Below, in pieces: positions 1-11,400 of a stretch of 64,000 nt of DNA. The position numbers were made by a program, and so were the translations under genes. This stretch comes from Bugula neritina (lineage: Eukaryota; Animalia; Bryozoa), in the NCBI GenBank assembly GCA_964035545.1, contig CAXIUT010000183.1:372001-436000 (forward strand). The letters run 5' to 3'. The notes under the pieces were generated by a model. That model worked only from the letters and a program-made list of their open reading frames with translations. It was not told the origin of the DNA and ran no database searches. Position 1 is the stretch's first letter. Every line of letters starts with the position of its first letter.

Positions 1-1
1 T

Positions 2-946
2 ACACCATTGAAGAATATTGACTCAGCTACTGTAGCTGAAGCGCTGCTTGACATATACAGTCGTGTTGGGATACCAGAGGAGGTGATAAGCGATCAAGGA
101 ACTCAATTCATCTCGGACTACATGAAAGAGTTTACCAGATTACTTGACATGCGACAACTTCCTACTTCACCATACCATGCAATGGCCAATGGACTTGTGG
201 AAAAGTTCAACGGAACCCTCAAGAGTATGTTAAAAAAGTTGTGTGCTAAAGAGCCAAGACAGTGGCATCGGTTCATCAATGCGGCTCTATTTGCATATAG
301 AGAAGTCCCACAGGAATCAACAGGCTTCGCCCCATTCGAGTTACTCTATGGAAGAACTGTACGTGGACCAATGTACATCCTGCGACAACTTTGGACAAAA
401 GAAGACACTGCCGATGAAGTCAAGACCTGCTATCAACATGTTTTTGAATTGAGAGAGCGTTTAGATGACATGATGGAAATGGCACTAGCTTCGCTAAAAG
501 ACAGTCAAAAAAGATACAAACACTATTTTGACAAGAAAGCTAAGCGGAGAGACTTCAGACCTGGTGACAAAGTGCTCATTCTTTTACCTACGGATGGAAA
601 TAAATTGCTGATGCATTGGCAAGGACCATTCAATATTGAGGAGAAAGTCAGACTGAATGACTACATTATCAACATTAGAGGCAAGAGGAGAACATACCAT
701 GCCAACATGCTGAAGAAATATTTTGAGCGGGAGGCGCCTACCGACCCTATGACTGTTGGAGCTGTGATGACTTTAGATGCTGCTGGTACTGGAATTATTG
801 ATCATGATGAGGAAAGAGAAGAAGGCCAAGATGATTTGGTGGATCTGTACAATAAGAAACAAGAGAGTGATGAGATGGGATATGTATTCACAAAACTTCA
901 GGATCAAGGTGGAGTCAATCAAAGGAAAGGACAATGTTGGAGCTGA
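2..946 (+). CDS. Retrotransposon integrase (rve core with D-35-E, GPY/F C-terminal region), 5'-partial; codons after ~868 are out-of-frame read-through across a deletion junction
   Basis: The frame is open from position 2 (TPLKNID...), so the TTG 'start' at 8 is an edge artefact. SDQGTQF (D at 92-94) is followed after 35 residues by NGLVEKFNGTLK. Also present: ALFAYREVPQESTGFAPFELLYGR, WQGPF, and TYHANMLKKY, all typical Gypsy integrase motifs. Confidence 0.93.
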   Translation, partial: TPLKNIDSATVAEALLDIYSRVGIPEEVISDQGTQFISDYMKEFTRLLDMRQLPTSPYHAMANGLVEKFNGTLKSMLKKLCAKEPRQWHRFINAALFAYREVPQESTGFAPFELLYGRTVRGPMYILRQLWTKEDTADEVKTCYQHVFELRERLDDMMEMALASLKDSQKRYKHYFDKKAKRRDFRPGDKVLILLPTDGNKLLMHWQGPFNIEEKVRLNDYIINIRGKRRTYHANMLKKYFEREAPTDPMTVGAVMTLDAAGTGIIDHDEEREEGQDDLVDLYNKKQESDEMGYVFTKLQDQGGVNQRKGQCWS

Positions 947-977
947 TTATCTAAGCCGAATTGACTCAGAATTTTAA
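864..977 (+). pseudogene. C-terminal remnant of Ty3/Gypsy RNase H (end of pol), in a different frame from the integrase
   Basis: Translates RVMRWDMYSQNFRIKVESIKGKDNVGADYLSRIDSEF*, matching the Gypsy RNase H terminal motif R-x-x-R-W-(x4)-Q-(x)n-G-x-x-N-x-x-A-D-x-L-S-R. The stop lies 35 bp before the PPT. Confidence 0.85.
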
Positions 978-1011
978 GTAGTTAGGAGAAATGATCAAGA
1001 TAATTTCTCTT

Positions 1012-1022
1012 AGAATGGGGGG
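1012..1022 (+). other. Polypurine tract (plus-strand primer)
   Basis: AGAATGGGGGG ends 1 nt before the LTR's TG at 1024. Confidence 0.85.
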
Positions 1023-1278
1023 TTGTCACAAATTCTGAGTGTACATATACCTATAAATAGACTTACCGGGTTTTTCCTAATGATTATACAGGAATGTTCA
1101 TAAATATTCTAGACTAATCAAAGAGATGGGTCATTGTTCATTGTTACTGTTTTGGTTAGTCATGTTAACTACTGCCCAGCAATGTAAACAAGGTATTGCG
1201 CAATAATTGCGAAATAACCATGGAAATTCCAATGTTTTGTTTTGTTTTGATTTTCTATAAATAGTATTGGCATGTGGG

Positions 1279-1331
1279 GAATGTTTTCTACTAGAATCTT
1301 CTGTACTGGAATGCTTGAGAATATTCTAGAG
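1279..1331. promoter_or_regulatory. Heat-shock-element (nGAAn) cluster in the LTR U3
   Basis: GAA at 1279, 1294, 1309 and 1319, TTC at 1299 and 1324, and GAG at 1329 all lie on one 5-bp register, including aGAAtaTTCtaGAg. The cluster ends about 13 bp before a TATA box. Confidence 0.6.
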
Positions 1332-1343
1332 CTTTTTGTTTAC

Positions 1344-1351
1344 TATAAATA
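1344..1351 (+). promoter_or_regulatory. Probable LTR TATA box
   Basis: TATAAATA lies downstream of the HSE cluster and ~25-30 bp upstream of Inr-like CAGTT/TCAGTT motifs (1370-1380). Two other TATAAATA copies are at 1052 and 1256. Confidence 0.55.
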
Positions 1352-1457
1352 CTGAGGCAGTTGTGTTTACAGTTCAGTTCATTCTCGCAGTTCCTTTTTA
1401 TAAGTTCATTCTCGGAGTTCATTTTTATACATTCATCTGTGCATATCTTACTAGAGA

Positions 1458-1463
1458 AATAAA
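1458..1463 (+). terminator. LTR polyadenylation signal AATAAA
   Basis: AATAAA sits ~110 bp after the TATA box and ~125 bp before the LTR end, the expected R-region position. Confidence 0.6.
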
Positions 1464-4400
1464 GTATACTTATATTCACAACTCTATTTACTCTCAACTG
1501 GATTAGCAAGCTGTATGCTACTTGTCTCTATACTTCTGACTTACAGACTTTTCGAACTCGTCACACTGCTACCAACAGTTTTGTGACAACTACTGAAATA
1601 TACTGTAACACATTGAAAAATACTGCAACATACTGAAACATACTGCGACACATTGCAATATACACTAACATACTGAAACATGCTGTAGCACACTGAAATA
1701 GACTGCAGCTCACTGAAATATACTGCAACATACTGAAATACACTGCTACATACTGAAATATACTGCAACATACTGCAACATACTGAAATACACTGTAACA
1801 TACTGAAATACACTGCAACAAACTACAACATATTGAAATACACTGCAACACATTGAAATACACTGCAACATACCAAAATAAATGGTAAACTACTGAAATA
1901 TACTTTAACACATTGAAAAATACTGCAACATACTGAAATATACTGTAACACACTGAAATATACTGCAACATACTGAAATACACTGTAACATATTGAAACA
2001 CACTGCAACAAACTACAACATATTGAAATACACTGCAACGCATTCAAAGACACTGCAACACATTGAAATATACTGCAATATACCAATATATATGGTAAAC
2101 TGCTGAAATATACTTTAACACATTGAAAAATACTGCAACATACTGAAATATACTGTAACACACTGAAATATACTGCAACATACTGCAACAATCTGAAATA
2201 CACTGTAACATACTGAAATACACTGCAACAAACTACAACATATTGAAATACACTGCAACACATTGAAATATACTGCAACATACCTAAATATACGGTAATA
2301 TACCGAGAAAAAAACTGTAACAGATTGAAAAATTCTGCAACATACTGAAATAAACTGCAACACACTGAAATACACCGCAAAATACTACAACATACTGAAA
2401 TACACTGTAACATATTGAAATACACTGCAACACTTTGAAATATACTGCAACATACCGAAATATATGTTAAACTACTAAAATATACTGTAACACTTTGAAA
2501 AACAGTGCAACATACTGAAATATACTGCGACACTTTGCAATGTACTGTAACATACTGAATTATGCTGTAGCACACTGAAATACACTGCAACTCACTGAAA
2601 TATACTGCAACATATTGAAATACACTGCAACATCCTACAACATGCTAAAATACACGGTAACATATTGAAATACAGTACAACACGTTGAAATATACTGCAA
2701 CATACCGGAATATATGGTAAAGTACTGAAATATACTGTAACACACTGAAAAATACTGCAACATACTGAAATATACTGCGACACATTGCAATATACTGCAA
2801 CATACCAAAATATATGGTAAACTGCTGAAATATACTTTAACACATTGAAAAATACTGCAACATACTGAAATATACTGTAACACACTGAAATATACTGCAA
2901 CATACTGAAATACACTGTAACATACTGAAATAAACTGCAACATACTGAAGTACACTGCAACATCCTACAACATACTGAAATACAATGTAACATATTGAAA
3001 CACACTGCAACACATTGAAATATACTGCAATGTACCGAATTATATGGTGGACTACTGAAATATACTGTAACACACTGAAAAATACTGCAAGATACTGAAA
3101 TATACTGCGACACATTGCAATATACTGTAACATACTGAAATATGCTACAGCACACTGAAATACACTGCAACTCACTGAAATATACTGCAACATATTGAAA
3201 CACACTGCAACATTCTACAACATGCTGAAACACACTGTAACGTATTGAAATACGCTGCAACACATTGAAATATACAGCAACATACCGAAATATATGGTAA
3301 ACTACTGAAATAGACTGTAACACATTGCAAAAGACTGCAACATACTGAAATATACTGCGACACATTGCAATATACTGTAACATACTGAAATATGCTCTAG
3401 CACACTGAAATACACTGCAACTCACTGAAATATACTGCAACATACTGAAATACACTGCAACACATTGAAATATACTGCAACCTACAGAAATAGGTGGTAA
3501 ACTACTGAAATATACTGTAACACATTGAAAAATACTGCAACATACTGAAATATACTGCGACACATTGTAATATACTGTAACATACTGAAACATACTGTAG
3601 CACACTGAAATAGACTGCAGCTCACTGAAATATACTGCATTATACTGAAATTCACTGCAGCATCCTACAACATGCTGAAATACACTGTAACATATTGAAA
3701 TACACTGCAACAAACTACAACATATTGAAATACACTGCAACGCATTGAAAGACACTGCAACACATTGAAATATACTGCAATATACCAATATATATGGTAA
3801 ACTGCTGAAATATACTTTAACACATTGAAAAATACTGCAACATACTGAAATATACTGTAACACACTGAAATATACTGCAACATACTGAAATACACTGCTA
3901 GATACTGAAATATACTGCAACATACTGCAACAATCTGAAATACACTGTAACATACTGAAATACACTGCAACAAACTACAACATATTGAAATACACTGCAA
4001 CACATTGAAATATACCGCAACATACCTAAATATACGGTAATATACCGAAAAAAAAACTGTAACATATTGAAATACACTGCAACACTTTGAAATATACTGC
4101 AACATACCGAAATATATGTTAAACTACTAAAATATACTGTAACACTTTGAAAAACAGTGCAACATACTGAAATATACTGCGACATTTTGCAATGTACTGT
4201 AACATACTGAAATATGCTGTAGCACACTGAAATACACTGCAACTCACTGAAATATACTGCAACATATTGAAATACACTGCAACATCCTACAACATGCTAA
4301 AATACACTGTAACATATTGAAATACAGTACAACACATTGAAATATACTGCAACATACCGGAATATATGGTAAAGTACTGAAATATACTGTAACACACTGA

Positions 4401-7400
4401 AAAATACTGCAACATACTGAAATATACTGCGACACATTGCAATATACTGCAACATACCAAAATATATGATAAACTACTGAAATATACTTTAACACATTGA
4501 AAAATACTGCAACATACTGAAATATACTGTAACACACTGAAATATACTGCAACATACTGAAATACACTGTAACATACTGAAATAAACTGCAACATACCAA
4601 AATATATGGTAAACTACTGAAATATACTTTAACACATTGAAAAATCCTGCAACATACTAAAATATACTGTAACACACTGCAAGATACTGCAACATACCGA
4701 AATACACTGTAACATAGTGAAACACACTGCAACATACTGCATTATACTGACATACACTGGAACATATTGAAATACACTGCAACATCCTACAACATGCTGA
4801 AATACACTGTAACATATTGAAATACACTGCAACACATTGAAAAATACTGCAACATACCGAAATATATGGTAAACTATTGAATTATACTGTAACACATTGA
4901 AAAATACTGAAACAAACTGAAATATACTCTGACACAATGCAAAATACTGTAACATACTGAAATATGCTGTAGCACACTGAAATACACTGCAACTCACTGA
5001 AATATACTGCAACATACTGAAAAACACTGTAACATATTGAGACATACTGCAACATACTGCAACATACTGAAATACACTGTAACATACTGAAATACATTGC
5101 AAAATACTGCAACATATTGAAATACACTGCAACACATTGAAATATACTGCAACATACCTAAATATCCGGTAATATACTGAGATATACTGTAACACATTGA
5201 AAAATACTGCAACATACTGAAATACACTGCAACCCACTGGAATACATCGCAAAAGACTACAACATACTGAAATACACTGTGACATATTGAAATACACTGC
5301 AACACATTGAAATATACTGCAACCTATAGAAATATATGGTAAACTACTGAAATATACTGTAACACATTGAAAAATACTGCAACATACTGAAACATACTGC
5401 GACACATTGCAATATACTGTAACATACTGAAACATGCTGTAGCACACTGAAATAGACTGCAGCTCACTGAAATATACTGCAACATACTGAAATTCACTGC
5501 AGCATCCTACAACACGTTGAAATACACTGTAACATATTGAAATACACTGCAACACATTGAAATATACTGCAACATACCGCAATATATGGTAAACTACTGA
5601 AATATACTGTAAGACATTGAAAAATACTGCATCATACTGAAATATACTGCGACATAATGCAATATTCTGTAACATACTGAGATATGCTGTAGCACACTGA
5701 AATACACTACAACTCACTGAAACATACTGCAACATACTGAAATACACTGTAACATCCTACAACATACTGAAATACACAGTAACATATTGAAATACACTGC
5801 AACACATTGAAATATACTGCAACATACCTAAATATACGGTAATATACTGAAATATACTGTAACACATTGAAAAATACTGCAAGATACTGAAATATACTGT
5901 GACACATTGCAATATACTGTAACATACTGAAATATGCTCAAGCACACTGAAACACACTGCACCTCACTGAAACATACTGCAACATACTGAAATACACTGC
6001 AACATCCTACAACATACTGAAATACACTGCAACATATTGAAAGACACTGCAAGACAATGAAATATACTGCAACATACTGAAATATACTGTAACACACTGA
6101 AATATACTGCAACATACTGAAATACACTGCTACATACTGAAATATACTGCAACATACTGCAACATACTGAAATACACTGTAACATACTGAAATACACTGC
6201 AACAAACTACAACATATTGAAATACACTGCAACACATTGAAATATACTGCAACATACCTAAATATACGGTAATATAGCGGAAAAAAACTGTAACAGATTG
6301 ACAAATTCTGCAACATACTGAAATATACTGCGACACATTGCAATATTCTGTAACATACTGAAACATGCTCTAGCACACTGAAATACACTGCAACCCACTG
6401 AAATATACTGCAACATACGGAAATACACTGCAACACATTGAAATAGACTGCAACATACCAAAATAAATGGTAAACTACTGAAATATACTTTAACACATTG
6501 AAAAATACTGCAACATACTGAAATATACTGTAACACACTGAAGTATACTGCAACATACTGAAATACACTGTAACATATTGAAATACACTGCAACAAACTA
6601 CAACATATTGAAATACACTGCAACGCATTGAAAGACACTGCAACACATTGAAATATACTGCAATATACCAATATATATGGTAAACTGCTGGAATATACTT
6701 TAACACATTGAAAAATACTGCAACATACTGAAATATACTGTAACACACTGAAATACACTGCAACTCACTGAAATATACTGCAACATACTGAAAAACACTG
6801 TAACATATTGAGACATACTGCAACATACTGCAACATACTGAAATACACTGTAACATACTGAAATACATTGCAAAATACTGCAACATATTGAAATACACTG
6901 CAACGCATTGAAATATACTGCAACATACCTAAATATCCAGTAATATACTGAGATATACTGTAACACATTGAAAAATACTGCAACATACTGAAATACACTG
7001 CAACCCACTGAAATACATCGCAAAAGACTACAACATACTGAAATACACTGTAACATATTGAAATACACTGCAACACATTGAAATATACTGCAACCTATAG
7101 AAATATATGGTAAACTACTGAAATATACTGTAACACATTGAAAAATACTGCATCATACTGAAATATACTGCGACATAATGCAATATTCTGTAACATACTG
7201 AGATATGCTGTAGCACACTGAAATACACTACAACTCACTGAAACATACTGCAACATACTGAAATACACTGTAACATCCTACAACATACTGAAATACACAG
7301 TAACATATTGAAATACACTGCAACACATTGAAATATACTGCAACATACCTAAATATACGGTAATATACTGAAACATACTGTATCACATTGAAAAATACTG

Positions 7401-8459
7401 CAAGATACTGAAATATACTGTGACACATTGCAATATACTGTAACATACTGAAATATGCTCAAGCACACTGAAACACACTGCACCTCACTGAAACATACTG
7501 CAACATACTGAAATACACTGCAACATATTGAAAGACACTGCAAGACAATGAAATACACTGCTACATACTGAAATATACTGCAACATACTGAAATACACTG
7601 CAACATCCTACAACATACTGAAATACACTGCAACATATTGAAAGACACTGCAAGACAATGAAATATACTGCAACATACTGAAATATACTGTAACACACTG
7701 AAATATACTGCAACATACTGAAATACACTGCTACATACTGAAATATACTGCAACATACTGCAACATACTGAAATACACTGTAACATACTGAAATACACTG
7801 CAACAAACTACAACATATTGAAATACACTGCAACACATTGAAATATACTGCAACATACCTAAATATACGGTAATATAGCGGAAAAAAACTGTAACAGATT
7901 GACAAATTCTGCAACATACTGAAATATACTGCGACACATTGCAATATACTGTAACATACTGAAACATGCTCTAGCACACTGAAATACACTGCAACCCACT
8001 GAAATATACTGCAACATACGGAAATACACTGCAACACATTGAAATAGACTGCAACATACCAAAATAAATGGTAAACTACTGAAATATACTTTAACACATT
8101 GAAAAATACTGCAACATACTGAAATATACTGTAACAAACTGAAATATACTGCAACATACTGAAATACACTGTAACATATTGAAATACACTGCAACAAACT
8201 ACAACATATTGAAATACACTGCAACGCATTGAAAGACACTGCAACACATTGAAATATACTGCAATATACCAATATATATGGTAAACTGCTGAAATATACT
8301 TTAACACATTGAAAAATACTGCAACATACTGAAATATACTGTAACACACTGAAATATACTGCAACATACTGCAACAATCTGAAATACACTGTAACATACT
8401 GAAATACACTGCAACAAACTACAACATATTGAAATACACTGCAACACATTGAAATATAC

Positions 8460-11400
8460 TGCAACATACCTAAATATACGGTAATATACCGAAAAAAAAC
8501 TGTAACAGATTGAAAAATTCTGCAACATACTGAAATAAACTGCAACACACTGAAATACACCGCAAAATACTACAACATGCTGAAATACACTGTAACATAT
8601 TGAAATACACTGCGACACTTTGAAATATACTGCAACATACCGAAATATATGTTAAACTACTAAAATATACTGTAACACTTTGAAAAACAGTGCAACATAC
8701 TGAAATATACTGCGACACTTTGCAATGTACTGTAACATACTGAAATATGCTGTAGCGCACTGAAATACACTGCAACTCACTGAAATATACTGCAACATAT
8801 TGAAATACACTGCAACATCCTACAACATGCTAAAATACACGGTAACATATTGAAATACAGTACAACACGTTGAAATATACTGCAACATACCGGAATATAT
8901 GGTAAAGTACTGAAATATACTGTAACACACTGAAAAATACTGCAACATACTGAAATATACTGCGACACATTGCAATATACTGCAACATACCAAAATATAT
9001 GGTAAACTACTGAAATATACTTTAACACATTGAAAAATACTGCAACATACTGAAATATACTGTAACACACTGAAATATACTGCAACATACTGAAATACAC
9101 TGTAACATACTGAAATAAACTGCAACATACCAAAATATATGGTAAACTACTGAAATATACTTTAACACATTGAAAAATCCTGCAACATACTAAAATATAC
9201 TGCGACAGATTGCAATATACTGTAACATACTGAAATATGCTCTAGCACACTGAAATACACTGCAACTCACTGAAATATACTGCAACATACTGAAATACAC
9301 TGCAACACATTGAAATATACTGCAACCTACAGAAATAGGTGGTAAACTACTGAAATATACTGTAACACATTGAAAAATACTGCAACATACTGAAATATAC
9401 TGCGACACATTGTAATATACTGTAACACACTGAAATATACTGCAACATACTGAAATACACTGTAACATACTGAAATAAACTGCAACATACCAAAATATAT
9501 GGTAAACTACTGAAATATACTTTAACACATTGAAAAATCCTGCAACATACTAAAATATACTGCGACAGATTGCAATATACTGTAACATACTGAAATATGC
9601 TCTAGCACACTGAAATACACTGCAACTCACTGAAATATACTGCAACATACTGAAATACACTGCAACACATTGAAATATACTGCAACCTACAGAAATAGGT
9701 GGTAAACTACTGAAATATACTGTAACACATTGAAAAATACTGCAACATACTGAAATATACTGCGACACATTGTAATATACTGTAACATACTGAAACATAC
9801 TGTAGCACACTGAAATAGACTGCAGCTCACTGAAATATACTGCATTATACTGAAATTCACTGCAGCATCCTACAACATGCTGAAATACACTGTAACATAT
9901 TGAAATACACTGCAACAAACTACAACATATTGAAATACACTGCAACGCATTGAAAGACACTGCAACACATTGAAATATACTGCAATATACCAATATATAT
10001 GGTAAACTGCTGAAATATACTTTAACACATTGAAAAATACTGCAACATACTGAAATATACTGTAACACACTGAAATATACTGCAACATACTGAAATACAC
10101 TGCTAGATACTGAAATATACTGCAACATACTGCAACAATCTGAAATACACTGTAACATACTGAAATACACTGCAACAAACTACAACATATTGAAATACAC
10201 TGCAACACATTGAAATATACCGCAACATACCTAAATATACGGTAATATACCGAAAAAAAAACTGTAACAGATTGAAATATTCTGCAACATACTGAAATAA
10301 ACTGCAACACACTGAAATACACCGCAAAATACTACAACATACTGAAATACACTGTAACATATTGAAATACACTGCAACACTTTGAAATATACTGCAACAT
10401 ACCGAAATATATGTTAAACTACTAAAATATACTGTAACACTTTGAAAAACAGTGCAACATACTGAAATATACTGCGACATTTTGCAATGTACTGTAACAT
10501 ACTGAAATATGCTGTAGCACACTGAAATACACTGCAACTCACTGAAATATACTGCAACATACTGAAATACACTGCAACATCCTACAACATGCTAAAATAC
10601 ACTGTAACATATTGAACTACAGTACAACACATTGAAATATACTGCAACATACCGGAATATATGGTAAAGTACTGAAATATACTGTAACACACTGAAAAAT
10701 ACTGCAACATACTGAAATATACTGCGACACATTGCAATATACTGCAACATACCAAAATATATGATAAACTACTGAAATATACTTTAACACATTGAAAAAT
10801 ACTGCAACATACTGAAATATACTGTAACACACTGAAATATACTGCAACATACTGAAATACACTGTAACATACTAAAATAAACTGCAACATACCAAAATAT
10901 ATGGTAAACTACTGAAATATACTTTAACACATTGAAAAATCCTGCAACATACTAAAATATACTGTAACACACTGCAAGATACTGCAACATACCGAAATAC
11001 ACTGTAACATAGTGAAACACACTGCAACATACTGCATTATACTGACATACACTGGAACATATTGAAATACACTGCAACATCCTACAACATGCTGAAATAC
11101 GCTGTAACATATTGAAATACACTGCAACACATTGAAAAATACTGCAACATACCGAAATATATGGTAAACTATTGAATTATACTGTAACACATTGAAAAAT
11201 ACTGAAACAAACTGAAATATACTCTGACACAATGCAAAATACTGTAACATACTGAAATATGCTGTAGCACACTGAAATACACTGCAACTCACTGAAATAT
11301 ACTGCAACATACTGAAAAACACTGTAACATATTGAGACATACTGCAACATACTGCAACATACTGAAATACACTGTAACATACTGAAATACATTGCAAAAT

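Larger units (their letters stand above)
1..1588 (+). mobile_element. 3' part of a Gypsy-superfamily LTR retrotransposon (Gmr1-like INT-before-RT/RH order), internally deleted and probably non-autonomous; continues off the left edge
   Basis: Integrase ORF, RNase H C-terminal remnant, polypurine tract and TG...CA LTR with 9-bp terminal inverted repeats occur in the canonical 3' order. Confidence 0.92.
1024..1588 (+). repeat. 3' long terminal repeat, 565 bp
   Basis: Begins TGTCACAAA (1024-1032) and ends TTTGTGACA (1580-1588), a perfect 9-bp inverted pair. It directly follows the PPT, contains TATA-like and AATAAA signals, and the satellite starts at the next base. Confidence 0.9.

Noticed and set aside
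243-452. 69-aa + strand ORF
   Set aside because: Alternative frame inside the integrase coding sequence with no motif.
777-863. N-terminal part of the 66-aa ORF 777-977
   Set aside because: Off-frame reading of the integrase linker; only 864-977 resembles RNase H.
860-880. Programmed ribosomal frameshift joining INT and RH frames
   Set aside because: No slippery heptamer, and the downstream frame encodes only a 37-aa RNase H tail that could not function; a deletion explains it better.
730-946. Chromodomain at the integrase C-terminus (chromovirus-type centromere targeting)
   Set aside because: No aromatic-cage or chromodomain motif; the segment is a low-complexity acidic linker followed by out-of-frame sequence.
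1376-1425. Short direct repeat AGTTCATTCTCG (x2, plus a partial copy) in the LTR
   Set aside because: Small tandem motifs near the transcription start are common in LTRs; no independent significance is evident.
1291-1509. 72-aa minus-strand ORF
   Set aside because: Lies within the LTR, antisense across TATA and poly(A) signals, with no protein features.
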